From the human T2T-CHM13v2.0 reference genome, Homo sapiens: 64,000 bases of DNA. Shown piece after piece: positions 1-12,804 of the stretch. The DNA is taken from the NCBI RefSeq assembly GCF_009914755.1, contig NC_060929.1; one strand, 5' to 3'. Position 1 is the stretch's first letter, and each line of letters begins with the position of its first letter. Made by a program: the position numbers and the translations under genes. The notes beneath the pieces are model-generated. The model worked only from the letters and a program-made list of their open reading frames with translations, made no database searches and had not been told where the DNA came from.

Positions 1-1395
1 AATGGTTAATCATATGAGTTCTAGAGCCAGGCACCTCAGTTCAAACATTATTACTTTCCAATTTCTCAATGTATAATCTTGGACAAGTTACTTCTCATCT
101 GCAAAATGCATATTATAATCATTTCTACCACATTTGGTTGTTTAACTCAAGTTTATAAATTCCCTTATATGATTTATGATACCTAGAAAATGCTAAGTAA
201 CAATTAACTGCAAGAAAATAAGAAACAACATAATGTTTGGGAAACTACAAGTCATTTGGTATTGCTGAAGTAAAAAACTAATAATGATGTCGAAGAATAT
301 GAAGGGGATATGTATCATGTTAAAGAGCTGGAAATTGTCTTATGGATAATGAGAAAACATAGGAATGGCATAGGCAGATTGTGTTTTAAATAGATCTCAC
401 TGGAGCAGGGTAGGAGGAGGGGAAGGGAGAATGTTGGTAAAGATTAGAGGGACAGAATTCAGGTACAATACCATAAAAATTCAAGACTTTGTATATACTG
501 TCCTAAGGATACGATACAATAATTTTAATAGTAACTATAGGATAGAAGGGAGATGACAGTTGAGTGAAACACTTAGAAGGTAGAGTTGGCAAGGCTTGCC
601 TCTAACAGTAAACAAAATAGAGGCTATGTGATAATTCAGGAAAGGAAAAAAATAAATGATGACTTGAAGATTCTTTATTTGGTGGAACTTAGTAGCTAGC
701 AAAAGCATAAAAAGAGAGCAAGAGAAAAATAGAATAGAGGAGTAAGTAGAGAATTGAAAGAGAAAGTAAGAAAGGCAGTCTTTAGACGTACTAAATTGAA
801 GGTATTTCTAGAACATCTATTTAGAAATAAGTCCGACTTTTAGAATAGAATTTCAACAGATTCAGGATTCATTAAAAAAAGACAAAGAAGGCCAGGATAA
901 TTTGTGCTATATGATGTGGGAGGAAGAAGATGGTCTAATGAAAGACATAGGAAATTAATAGATTAATGAGGTTTCAAATTTGGTAAAAGATGTGTTTGTT
1001 TTCAAGTCAAATTTTGAAGAAAATTTGATTCAGGCAACAGCAAGAATCTAGTGTGGTTAAACATAAATGTATTATTTCTGAGTTTCATACATACTATTAT
1101 GCAAAGAATATATCTGTAGGTCATTTCCGTATAAAGGACCTAAACATGTCATTTTATAGGTTGATTAGGGAAATGTTTTTTATTAAATAAAAATATTTAC
1201 CTTAAATTGGGGTAACAAAATTTAAAAAGTTAACTTAATCTGAAATCTAATTTTATTTTGAAACTAATTTCCTTAAAACAAATTTGGCCCCCAGTATTTT
1301 AAGTATTTTAACCGTTATTTAACTGCAGTTATAAAAAGTTAACAAGTAACATTTACTTAGTGTAAATTTTAAAATTTTATTATATTCCAAATCAG

Positions 1396-1536
1396 CATGG
1401 GCATTAACCATGACAATGACCACCCATCGTGTGCTGATGGTCTTCATATCATGTCTGGTGAATGGATTAAAGGACAGAATCTTGGTGACGTTTCATGGTC
1501 TCGATGTAGCAAGGAAGATTTGGAAAGATTTCTCAG
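1396..1536 (+). CDS. ADAMTS19: ADAMTS19 exon: end of zinc-binding motif and Met-turn ([47 protein letters not shown])
   Basis: atcag| acceptor and AG|gtatgg donor; 141 nt, phase 2-2. Contains the GxxHD third Zn ligand, HIMS Met-turn and WSRCS reprolysin motif. This frame is missing from the ORF track. Confidence 0.95.
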
Positions 1537-1609
1537 GTATGGAGGTCACTTATTGTTTTTGCCTTGTGAATGATTATGTGTGCTGTTTCTTTTTACAAAT
1601 AGAGAAGCC

Positions 1610-1790
1610 AGTGTGGCAAAGTGGAAAGGCCACCAGAGTAAAACTGAAGGTACTTGGTTCCAATCCTGGCTTTTCCATTAACTCATGGTGTAGTTTGGGA
1701 CATGTTATTTAACCCCCTGCTTTTTAATTTCTACATTTTTCAAAAAGGACAGTTAAGATTATTTGTAAGATTGAAAAATTGTTATCATGA
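1610..1790 (+). mobile_element. MIR SINE
   Basis: Core-like ggttccaatcctggc...tgggacatgttatttaacccc; degraded, boundaries approximate. Confidence 0.6.
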
Positions 1791-2065
1791 TTTTAAAAAT
1801 CTGTCACAGTATTTAATTGCCTTTTCAATTTTGCCCAGTGGAAATATTCACACTGTTCATCACCCAGCACGTCTATTATCACGAAGATCAGGGCCCCTCT
1901 AACAAAATCTTCACTTTTCGTTTGTAATACATCTACACTTCTAATGTTTTTTCATTAATAAATAGTTTCCACCATTATCATAGCCCTTTCCATGTTCAGT
2001 GGCAGTAACACTTAGCTTCTGTCTTGTTCGAAAAGTAAATGAAAAATATTACTGTTATTCTCATT

Positions 2066-2100
2066 TTCATTTTAAAGCACTTGTTCATTTTAAAGCACTT
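2066..2100. repeat. 17-bp direct repeat, period 18
   Basis: ttcattttaaagcactt at 2066-2082 and 2084-2100. Confidence 0.9.
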
Positions 2101-2975
2101 ATTTCTATAATTATAGAAGGATCACCTGAAGCAGTAAGCAATATGCAAAGTAGTTAGTGAGATGTTTAAGGTATCCAAAACAAGTCTTAGTGAGAAATAC
2201 AGGAACACCTAGCTTGCTAAACTCACTACACAGATGAACTTTATTCACTTTTGTATATCCTTTAAATAGTTAAGCCCATTTTTCTATTAAATGGCTATAT
2301 GTACAATATATTCTGTGCATGCTGTTTGTCATAACAGTCTAGAGAAGAGCACTCAGAGCATGTGATATTTCAGACACACCATCAGTAGCTGCATCAGCAG
2401 CCCTTCTGTAGGCCCTAATGAGTTCCTAAGGAACATGCATGATTTTGTATGGCTGCCTTCACATGAATCAGGACTCCTATGACATCAAATACCACTTTAA
2501 AATATATTACAGAGTTGTATACAAAGTTGTATTACAATGTCAAGCACAAATATATCTACACTGTTAATATTCACCTGAGGATGCTTTCCATACATTCTTT
2601 AAATCCCCAAATATAGCTGATATCTTATATTCACATACTACTTTTGGGCAAGTTACTCTCTGACTCTGAGCCTGTATACCTATTAAATGCATAAAATAAC
2701 ACCCACTTCACAATGTTATGTAGATCAGCTGAGTTAATTCATATGAATGTGTTTTGTACACCATAAAGTTCTTTTAACTTGAAAATTATTTATTACGATT
2801 ATCTTCATTGTAAATAAATGATTTTTGACATATAGAATAATTTCTATGAGTATTCAATGGAAGAGCTTAGAGATATATTTTTGATATTATTAAAGTGTTT
2901 CTTGTTGTATGCTAACCAATCATATCAGCTTTTTACATTAAATTCAAAAGTTTACACATACCTGCCTATTGCCAG

Positions 2976-3126
2976 GTCAAAGGCCAGTAACTGCTTGCTA
3001 CAAACAAATCCGCAGAGTGTCAATTCTGTGATGGTTCCCTCCAAGCTGCCAGGGATGACATACACTGCTGATGAACAATGCCAGATCCTTTTTGGGCCAT
3101 TGGCTTCTTTTTGTCAGGAGATGCAG
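2976..3126 (+). CDS. ADAMTS19: ADAMTS19 exon: end of catalytic domain and start of disintegrin-like domain (SKASNCLLQ...LPGMTYTADEQCQILFGPLASFCQEMQ)
   Basis: gccag| acceptor and CAG|gtaaag donor; 151 nt, phase 2-0; typical ADAMTS LPG..Y..DEQC motif. Confidence 0.96.
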
Positions 3127-3426
3127 GTAAAGATCCAGGTGGGGATTTTGTGCGTTCATTCATTGTTTAGAAGTATTGATTGGTAGGAGAAGGTAACATT
3201 ATTTTAGGGTTTGTGGATCAAAAGCACCCCAATATATAAAAGAAGGATTTTCTAAGAAAAGGTTTGTGCATTTTTTTCTTATACTTTGGAAGCGATAGAA
3301 ATAAGATGTGAGCATTTAATCAAAGTGAATAAAGAAAGACCTAATAATTTCTACTTTGAAAATTACATTGATATCAGGGAAGTATTTTTATTATGTCAGT
3401 TCAATGCTTCTATTTTAAATCCCATA

Positions 3427-3755
3427 CAGTTTTCTCTCCATTATCTGCAGGAATTGGTTTCAGTACCCACATCCTGTTCCCTGAGCAGATACCAAAACTC
3501 CCAGCTGCTAAAGTCCCTTATGAAAAATAATGTAGTATTTGCATATAACCTACCCACATCCTCCCAAATACTTTAAATCATCCCTAGATTACTTACAGAA
3601 CTTGATACATTGTAAATGCTATGTAATTATTATACTATGTTATTTTATTATTTGTATTATTTATATTGTTGTATTGTTCTTTTTTTTAAATTTGTTTTTA
3701 TCTGTGGTTGGTTGGATCCCTGGATGTGGAAACTATAAATGGGGAGGGCCAACTG
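3427..3755. mobile_element. MER2 (TcMar-Tigger MITE)
   Basis: TA-flanked cagt...actg termini; internal gtagtatttgcatataacctac...atactttaaatcatc..tagattactta matches MER2 as I recall it. Confidence 0.8.
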
Positions 3756-4616
3756 TATTTTCTTATATGGAAATGGGTAAAAATGCGATATGAAAATATA
3801 ATTGATAAAAATGCAATAATATGAACATGTAATTGTGGAGGAGGAACTATACATTTTAATTCTGAAAATAAATTTTTAGAAGTATCTTTTATAGGAACAA
3901 AAATTAAGAGAGTACATTTCTACATAAACTGGAAGAAAAGGGAAAATGTATAATGGTAAAGCAGTGTTTATGTATTAATATTCCAGTAGTCAGTAATTAC
4001 TCAGAGAGAACAGTAGTGTTAGGTCCATAAAATCTAAAGGATGAAGCAAAATGACCTTCTTAACTGATGGAAGAGTTTAAGCTCTAGTAACCTTTTTTTT
4101 TCTTTCCTGCTGCCCATCCCCTATCTGCCCATCTCCTCTCGCCTCTTCCTAACGCACACACATACACATTGTACTTCAGGAATAAACTGATAACCACACT
4201 GAGAGTAAATTGGTTAAGTATCGCTGAAACATAGCCTATTTTACCCAGCCACAGTTTCTGTGAATGCCTCAAAGGAGTTTGGCTTTGTTGAGGATAATGC
4301 TGTTTTGGGTAACTGTCAGCATAATTAAGATGCTTTATAACGAACAAAGCATATGACATTATAATTTATTGAATGCTCTCTTTGGTTTGTGGTTCTTATT
4401 AAAAGAGTTGTGCACTTATTTGTTTATTAATTGCTTTTGATCAGTTTCACCCACCAGTATGTAAGCTGCATGAGGGCAGAGTGAGTTTCTCCAGCATCTA
4501 GCCTAGGGACTGGCACAGAGTAAGTGAAATATCCAGTGAACAAATGATTTAGAATTAAAATGAGTGAATGTATGGAGTTGGAGCTGCATCAGATGTGATG
4601 TGTAAAAGGCTGTATG

Positions 4617-4929
4617 GACCAGGCGAGGTGGCTCACACCTGTAATCCCAGCACTTTGGGAGGCTGAGACGGGCGGATCACGAGGTCAGGAGATCGAGACC
4701 ATCCTGGCTAACACGGTGAAACCCCATCTCTCCTAAAAATATAAAAAAAAAAAAATTAGCTGGGCATGGTGGCGGGCACCTGTAGTCCCAGCTACTCAGG
4801 AGGCTGAGGCAGGAGAATGGCGTGAACCTGGGAGGTGGAGCTTGCAGTGAGCCGAGAACGCGCCACTGCACTCTGGCCTGGACTACAGAGTGAGGCTCAG
4901 TCTCAAAAAAAAAAAAAAAAAAAAAAAAA
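4617..4929 (+). mobile_element. AluY
   Basis: AluY diagnostics gagatcgagaccatcctggctaacacggtg, gaatggcgtgaacc and ggagcttgcagtg; A-tail; TSD aaaaggctgta(t/c)g at 4604-4616 and 4926-4938. Confidence 0.92.
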
Positions 4930-5610
4930 GGCTGTACGGACTATGGAGCTTGAAAGGAAATGGTGTTGCTATGTAATTGTGATCTAATTCCAAAGGGTTT
5001 ACATGTGGCACAGTCATGGATCCTTGGAACTCCACATCGTGTGTGACAATTATGACATTGGTTCTGTAAGGTCTGTCTCCGGTACCTCTCTGACCTCATC
5101 TACTAACCTCCACTCTGCTTTCACCTCTGAGTCTTTAGACAATCAAAAGTCTGGTCACAATCCTCTTTCTTAAATCTTCATGGTAAAATGAAAGATTTTG
5201 AGGTACAAAGGTTTGGGTTTGTGGGCAGACACTTTTACAGGCTGAAGTTACTATTATTTTAGGCAACAAAATAGGCTCTTTGTGGTCACTGTCACTGGAG
5301 CATTGCACAGGAGACAGTTTCAGTTCATGTGGTATAGAGAATTGATAGAACTGATCAATGGATCAGTTCATCCAAAATGTTCATATTTTATAAAGCATTC
5401 CTACTGTAAAAGCTCAGTAGATGATCAACTACACACGATTCTGTTAAATTGTAGATTCTTTTCCATAAATACTATTTTACAAGCTTTTAGAAATTATTTT
5501 AATATATCACATGCAATTAAATTTTGCTAGTGCCATTCTACAATGTTTTGACCTCTGAATATCTTCCACATAATGTGTTTAATTATTTATTTTATGATGT
5601 AATTTGACAC

Positions 5611-6815
5611 TTTTTTCTTTTTTTATTATACTTGAAGTTCTAGGGTACATGTGCACAATGTGCAGGTTTGTTACATATGTATACATGTGCCATGTTGGTT
5701 TGCTGCACCCATTAACTCATCATTTACATTAGGTATTTCTCCTAATGCTGTCCTTCCCCCATCCCCCCACCCCACAACAGGCCCTGGTGTATGATATTTT
5801 CCCTGCCCTCTGTCCAAGTGTTCTCATTGTTCAATTTCGACCTATGAGTGAGAACATGGGTTGTTTGGTTTTCTGACCTTGCAATAGTTTGCTCAGAATG
5901 ATGGTTTCCAGCTTCATCCATGTAGCTACAAAGGAAATGAATGCATCCTTTTTATGACTGCATAGTATTCCATGGTGTATATGTGCCACATTTTCTTAAT
6001 CCAGTCTATCACTGATGGACATTTGGGTTGGTTCCAAGTCTTTGCTATTGTGAATAGTGCCACAATAAACATATGTGTGCATGTGTCTTTATAGCAGCAT
6101 GGTTTATAATCCTTTAGGTATATACCCAGTAATGGGATCACTGTGTCAAATGGTATTTCTAGTTCTAGATCCTTGAGGAATCGCCACACTGTCTTCCACA
6201 GTGGTTGAACTAGTTTACAGTCCCACCAACAGTGTAAAAGCATTCCTATTTCTCCACATTCTCTCCAGCACCTGTTGTTTCCTTACTTTTTAATGATTGC
6301 CATTCTAACTGGTGTGAGATGGTATCTCATTGTGGTTTTGATTTTGTTTTTCATTTCTCTGATGGCCAGTGATAATGAGCATTTTTTCATGTGTCTGCTG
6401 TCTGCATAAATGTCTTCTTTTGAAAAGTGTCTGTTCATATCCTTTGCCCACTTTTTAATGGGGTTGTTTGATTTTTTCTTGTAAATTTGTTTAAGTTCTT
6501 TGTAGATTCTGGATATTAGACCTTTGTCAGATGGGTAGATTGCAAAAATTTTCTCCCATTCTGTAGGTTGCCTGTTCACTCTGATGGTAGTTTCTTTTGC
6601 TGTGCAGAAGCTCTTTAGTTTAATTAGATCCCATTTGTCTATTTTGGCTTTTGTTGCCATTGCTTTTGGTGTTTTAGTCCTGAAGTCCTTGCCCATGCCT
6701 ATGTCCTGAATGGTATTACCTAGGTTTTCTTCTAGGGTTTTTATGGTTTTAGGTCTAACATTTAAAATTAATTCAAGATGGATTAAAGACTTAAATGTTA
6801 GACCTAAAACCATAA
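5611..6815 (-). mobile_element. 5'-truncated L1PA (ORF2 3' end plus 3'UTR) with a short inverted 5' segment
   Basis: Minus-strand ORFs 6283-6873 and 5926-6243 are the L1 ORF2p C-terminus; T-tail at ~5611; 6766-6815 is L1 sequence in the opposite orientation. Confidence 0.93.
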
Positions 6816-7449
6816 TTTGATTCTTATAACCATTAAATACCATATTGTCTAGTCCTATTTTACAAATCAACAATTTGAGGTCTAGAGCAGTTAAATAATA
6901 CTTTGAAGTTCTTATACCTATTAACAGAGAATGCTAGATCCAAACTCAGATTATGTCTAAATCCCAAAAATCAGATGCTCTCCAGTCTCCTATGGAACTC
7001 AAACTTCTTTATATGCTATATTGTCTTCTCTATGGAAAAACCCTTAGATCAGATCTCATATTTAAACTAATTTTTTTGTCTCCTATAGCACCTATACTAT
7101 CAGTTTTAACCAGTATCTTAATTGATTCATTTTGCTAAACTATTTGCTCTATTTATATGATTATTTCCCAATAACCTACCTGCACAGATTTTTTCCTTGA
7201 TCTCTGAAAATATGATTGTTTATTTAGGTTTTTTAAATCTGTTTCTCAGTATCCTAGGATGTTGCCTTGTTTTAAAACTACACATTGTGCTAATAAAGTT
7301 TTAGGTTTAAGGTTTCCAGAAATGTTCTCCTTTTTATTTTCTCTCCACTCTTATACTCCAGTCCCAAATCAGTACAGCATGTAAAGTGTAGTAACCTAAT
7401 AGACGATAGATAGATAGCTAGAACCATGGAAAAGATAATTTACATATTT

Positions 7450-8140
7450 AGTCATTGATTTGACAAATATTTATTAAGTTCCAACTACTTTCCAGGCACT
7501 GTATGAAGCACAAATAATACAGCAGGAATCAAAGATCCTACCTCCATGGAACTTACATTTTAGTTGGAGGAAATATAAGCAAATGCATATCTAATATGTT
7601 AGTTGATGATAATTGTTTAGAAGAAATATAAACTCAGGTAAAACAGGAAGTACTACCAAGGTAGATGGTTAGGATGGTGTTATTTCTTATAAGGTGACCT
7701 GGGAAAGTTTCCTAGAAAGGTGACATTTGTTTAGAGATCTGAAGAAAGTGGGAGAACAAGCTATGCATTTATCTTGGGAGGAATACAGCAAGAGAAAACA
7801 GAATGCAAAATGCCCTGGAATTCATTGTGGGTCATGTCGTGAGATGCCCATTACACATCCAAGTAGGAATGTAAGCAGGTCCATGATATATATTTGGAAG
7901 TCATTAAGAAGTATAAGATATTGGGGACATGATACTAAATAACAATTGCAAGTGAGTTAGAAAAGTTTCAAGGACTAAGACCCAGGTCAATGCAATATTT
8001 AGAGTTTAGGAAAATGAGGAGAAAGAAGAAATAAAATGCCGAAGTATATTGAGGTAGGAATAGAACCAAAGCAAATTAAGATCTTGGAGGCAATATGAGG
8101 AGGATATTTTTGAAAGAGAGATTGATCAGCTGTATCAAAA
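7450..8140. mobile_element. L2 fragment (continues ~9260-9310 after the L1 insertion)
   Basis: caaatatttattaagt..ctactttccaggcactg and gatcagctgtatcaaaagctg...aaaatgaaggctgaga are typical L2 motifs. Confidence 0.6.
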
Positions 8141-8144
8141 GCTG

Positions 8145-9252
8145 AAGACTTAAATGTAAAACCTAAAACTGTAAAAACCCTGGAAAACAACCTAGGCAAT
8201 ACTGGTCTGGACATAGGAATGAGCAAAGATTTCATGACAAAGATTCCAAAAGCAATTTCCACAAAAATAAAATTTGACAAATGGGACCTAATTAAACTTA
8301 AGAGCTCTGCACAGCAAAAGAAACCATCAATAGAGTAAAGAGACAACCTACAGAATGGGAGGAACTTAAACAAATTTAAAAGGAAAAACCGACCCCATTA
8401 AAAAGTGGGCAAAGAACAAGAACCGACACTTTCCAAAAGACATGCAGCCAACAAGCATATTAAAAAAGGTCAGTAACACTGATGATTAGATAAATACATA
8501 TCAAAACGACAATGAGATAACATCTCACACCAGTCAGAATGGCTATTATTAGAAAATCAAAAAATAACAGATGCTGGTGAGGTTGCAGAGAAAAGGGAAG
8601 ACTTATACACTGTTAATGGGAGTGTAAATTAGTTCCACCATTGTGGAAAGCAGTGTGGCAATTCCTCAAAGAGCTAAAAAAAAAACTACCCATAATTACC
8701 ATTCAACCCAGCAATCCCATTACTGAGTATATACCCAAAGCAATATAAATCATTCTACTATAAAGACACATGCATGTGGATGTTCACTGCAGCACTGTTC
8801 ACAATAGCAAAGACATAGAATTAACCTAAATGCCCAGTAGTGACAGTTTGGATAAAGAAAATGTGGTACATATACACTATGGAATACTATGCAGCAATAA
8901 AAAAGAATGAGACCGTGTCTTTTGCAGGAACATGGATGGAGGTGGAGGCCATTATCCTTAGCAAACTTATGCAGGAACAAAAAACCAAATACCATTTGTT
9001 CTCACTGATAATTGGGAGCTAAATAATAAGAACTCATGAACACAAAGAAGGGAACAATAGACACTGGGGCCTACTGAAGGCTGGAGGGTGGGAGGAGGGA
9101 GAGGATCAGAAAAAAATAACTATTGAGTACTAGGCTTAGTACGTGGGTGATGAAATCATCTGTACAACAAACCCCTGTGACATGAGTTTACCTATATAGC
9201 AAACCTGTAATATACCCCTGAACTTAAAATTAAAGTATAAAAAAAAATTTTT
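8145..9252 (+). mobile_element. 5'-truncated older L1PA (L1PA13-16-like)
   Basis: ORF2 3' end plus 3'UTR (aataactattgagtactaggcttagtac); TSD aaagctgaagac at 8138-8149 and 9253-9264. Confidence 0.9.
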
Positions 9253-9429
9253 AAAGCTGAAGACAAGTGGAGCAAAATGAAGGCTGAGATTAGACGGTTG
9301 ATATTTTTTCCCAAAGGGTTTGACACATCATTATTTGAAGCTATATGGGAATGCCTGAATATATAAGGTGTCAGGAAGTATAACTTAAAAGTATAGCAGA
9401 AAATAGTTATAACTGTAGAAGACTGAAAA

Positions 9430-9765
9430 TAGTTGTGCACTATGTAATGACATTTCAGTCAATGGACCACATATACAACAATGGTCTTATAAGATTATAG
9501 TCCGTATTTTTACTGTAACATTTCTATGTTTAGATGCACAAATACTTAGGATTGTTTTACAGTTGCCTACAATATACAGTAAGGTAACATGCTATACAGG
9601 TTTGTAGCTTAGAAACAATGGGATACACCATATAGCCTAGGTGTGTAGTACGCTATATCATTTAGGCTTGTGTAAGTACACTCAACAATGTTCACACAAT
9701 GACTACATTGCCTAATGACACATTTCTCAAAATGTATTCCCATCATTAAGCAAAGCATGACTGTA
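9430..9765. mobile_element. Tigger3a-like MITE
   Basis: ggaccacatatacaacaatggtcttataagattata...tatagcctaggtgtgtagt...cattaagcaaagcatgactg-TA. Confidence 0.8.
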
Positions 9766-10966
9766 GTTCTGCTACATACATATACACCTTCAATTGGCTC
9801 TATGTGGAGTCACCCTACCTGGCAGTCTGTCATCTAAGTGCTATACAAAACAAATCTCCTGTATGGTAAGCTCCTTAACATTAGCAGAGTTGTCAGCCCT
9901 TTTGTCATTGTATCTCTAGCACCCAAATAAGTGCTCAATAAATATTTGATGAATAAGTGAATCGATTGAATAATGGAGTACTGATTCTAAATTTTTCACT
10001 CATGTAGATAACATGATAACCTTTTAGAATATTAATGCAATGACTACATAAAAGCCTACCTATGCTATAGGGCAGGTATCTTGTTTCACAGCTTATTCAT
10101 AATTCAATTAGGCATCCTTATGACCAGCTCATTTCTAATCAATTACAAATAAACATCAAGATTTGTAGTGTGAGGGTTCACAGCAACCTTCAATATGTAT
10201 GTTTCAGGCAAAATCTTAAAAACAAGGTAACTCTGAATCTGACAAAGGCAGCTGGGCCATAGCATCTAAATTAGATGTATCACTTCCATACTTATAAACA
10301 GATATTTAAACACAAACACTAGAGGCTCAGCATTATTGCATAATGCTGATCTAATTAATGATATAAATTTACCCTTAGGATAACAACTTACATCTGCAAA
10401 GTGTTTAAAGGCACAGATGTAGAGATTCTGGTGAAAAATGTTGATCACAGGCAATAATAGCTCACTCTTCTGCATAAATTTGCAGAATTAATGGCTGACT
10501 TCTTGGATGGCCTTGTTCCTGAGTCCTAAGCAATTGGTGCTGGGTACCTTTAGGCCATCTGGCATCTTGTGGCTGAGCCAGCTCCAACTGCATCAAGTCA
10601 TTGTAATAGCTTCCTGAAATTATTTAGACTGGCTAAAAATACAGAGGTATGGAAGGATTTTTCCCTAGAAATAGTAAGAAGTGGCCCCGTAGGAGTTAAC
10701 CTTTTTCTGAAAAGGAAGGAAGTGTGATAAAACTGAAGACCTCCAGGAAACTTAAGATCCTGTCTTTGTGAACTAGGCACACTATGAATTGCATATGTAT
10801 TAAATGGATAGAAAAGTTTATAGTATAACTGAATCATATGATTACTTTAAATATTGACATGGAAAGTTCCAGTTTTACATTTCTCCTGTATCTACTTGAT
10901 TCATCCAAGTTTGTAGGACTCTCTCAAACCTCTCCTTGAAGCCAATGCACAGACTGGAATTGAAAT

Positions 10967-11008
10967 AAAGTAATGGCAGAAACCGCAATTATGTTTGCAC
11001 CAACCTAA
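10967..11008. mobile_element. Half MADE1 (Hsmar1 MITE)
   Basis: aaagtaatggcagaaaccgcaattatgtttgcaccaacctaa is one mariner TIR. Confidence 0.8.
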
Positions 11009-11109
11009 TATTATGAAGAACTATAGAAGGCCTAGTCTCTGTAATTTGGCATTGCAAAATTCCAGAGGCAACAAGAATTTGGATTTAAAAAAGGCTTAAC
11101 ATGAAATAG

Positions 11110-12010
11110 TTGGAGGACATAAACTGCATGATTTAAGACTTACAAAGCTGCAGTAATGAAGACAATGTGGTGTTGACGAAAGGAGAGACTTAACTCCTCA
11201 GTGGAACACCATAGAGAGTCCAATTATAGACTCTCACATATGTGTACAATTGATTTCAACAAAAGTAACAAGGCAGTTGAATGGGTAAATAAAAGCTTTT
11301 CAACAAATTGTGCTGGAACAATTTGACATTCATCTTTTAAAATTACATCATATCATAAGATAAAATTAACCCTAAATGTATTATTGACCTAAATGTGGAA
11401 TCTACAAAACTATAAAACTTCAGGGAAAAAGGTAGAGGAAATATTTTTTTTAATAGGACACCAGGAGCATGAACCATAAAAGAAAAACAAAACAGAAAAT
11501 TATTGTTTGAAATGTATCAAAATAAATTATTTTATCTTAGGAAAACTCTGTTAAGACAATGAAAAGGTAAGCCACAGAATGGGTGAAAATATTTATAATA
11601 GGCATATCTGACAAAGGGTTGTTGTCCAAAATATATAATCCCTGTAATAGTAATAAAAGACCAAGCAATACAATAAAATGGGCAAAACATTTCAACAGAC
11701 AATTCAGAAATGAAGATATGCAGATAGCCAACAAACTCCTTAAAGGATGCTTAACATCATTAATATTGTATCAAGAAATGCAAATTAAAACCATAAAGAC
11801 CTACATTTGCATATACATTGCAATGTCTTAAGTTTAAAGAATTGAAAAAACTAAATTGTTGCTGATAATACAGAGCAATCAGAATTCACATACCACTATT
11901 GGGAATATAGTATAATCACTTTGGGAAAATTTTAGGTTTTTTTTTTTTTTTTTTTTTATCACTTAAGCATTCACCTCTTATATGATCCAAACTTTCCACT
12001 CCTAGATCCA
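11110..12010 (+). mobile_element. Old L1M fragment (ORF2 3' part)
   Basis: ORF 11583-11831 (SDKGLLSKIY...KWAKHFNRQF..EDMQIANK) is degenerate ORF2p. Confidence 0.8.
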
Positions 12011-12804
12011 AAAATATACTCTGCATGATCTCTTTAAATTTATTGAGACTCATTTATAATCTATCCAGGTGAATGTTCTATATGCATTTGACAGAATGCA
12101 TTTCCACAGTTGTCAGTGTTTCATAAATATTAATTAGGTCAAGGTTATTAATAGAGTTATACAAATCGTCTTTTATTATGTGTATGGATGTTCTAATAAT
12201 TGCTAAAGTGGGGAATTTAAATATCCTACTATGACTGCAATTGTCTACTCCCTTCGATTATGTCAGATTTTGATTCATACCTCGTAAGGCTTTATTGCAA
12301 GACACTAATACAGTTATTATTGTTATGTCTTCTTGATGCATTATGTCTTCTTATTGCATTTCTTTTCATTATGAAAAAGTCTTCTTTATCACTGGTAGAA
12401 GTATAACTTTTTTATATTGTAGTTTATTATATCTGATATTAATCTGATTTTGTGTGTTTATTTTTTTGCATGGTATATTATGCTTTTATTTAGTTTAAAT
12501 GTATCTGTGTACTATTTCAACTGAGCCTCTTGTAGTATAAGCATGTAGTTGTCTTGATATTCATCTGTTATAAAAATTATAACCTTTTAATTGAGGTAGT
12601 TCATTAATGTTTAATCATTGATTAAACAATGTGTTTGAATTTAGGTCTAGATTTTATAATTTATTTTTTAACTCTTTATTTCCCTCTGATCCCCATTAAT
12701 TTACTTTTATATTATTTGAATTCTCTTTAGGATCCTACTTTATCTATTACATTTTTAGCTATAATCCTTTACCTCTTTAAGAGGCCTGATCTGGGTCTAG
12801 GTCT

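Noticed and set aside
1410-1712. 100-aa ORF overlapping the first exon
   Set aside because: Wrong frame; the real exon frame reads MGINHD..., and the ORF runs on into intron and MIR sequence.
5926-6873. Longest ORFs (196 and 105 aa) as a novel gene
   Set aside because: Broken L1 ORF2p C-terminus; the odd N-terminus comes from the inversion.
12323-12358. 18-bp tandem repeat (also 12-bp ones near 2510 and 41870)
   Set aside because: Ordinary slippage duplications in AT-rich DNA.
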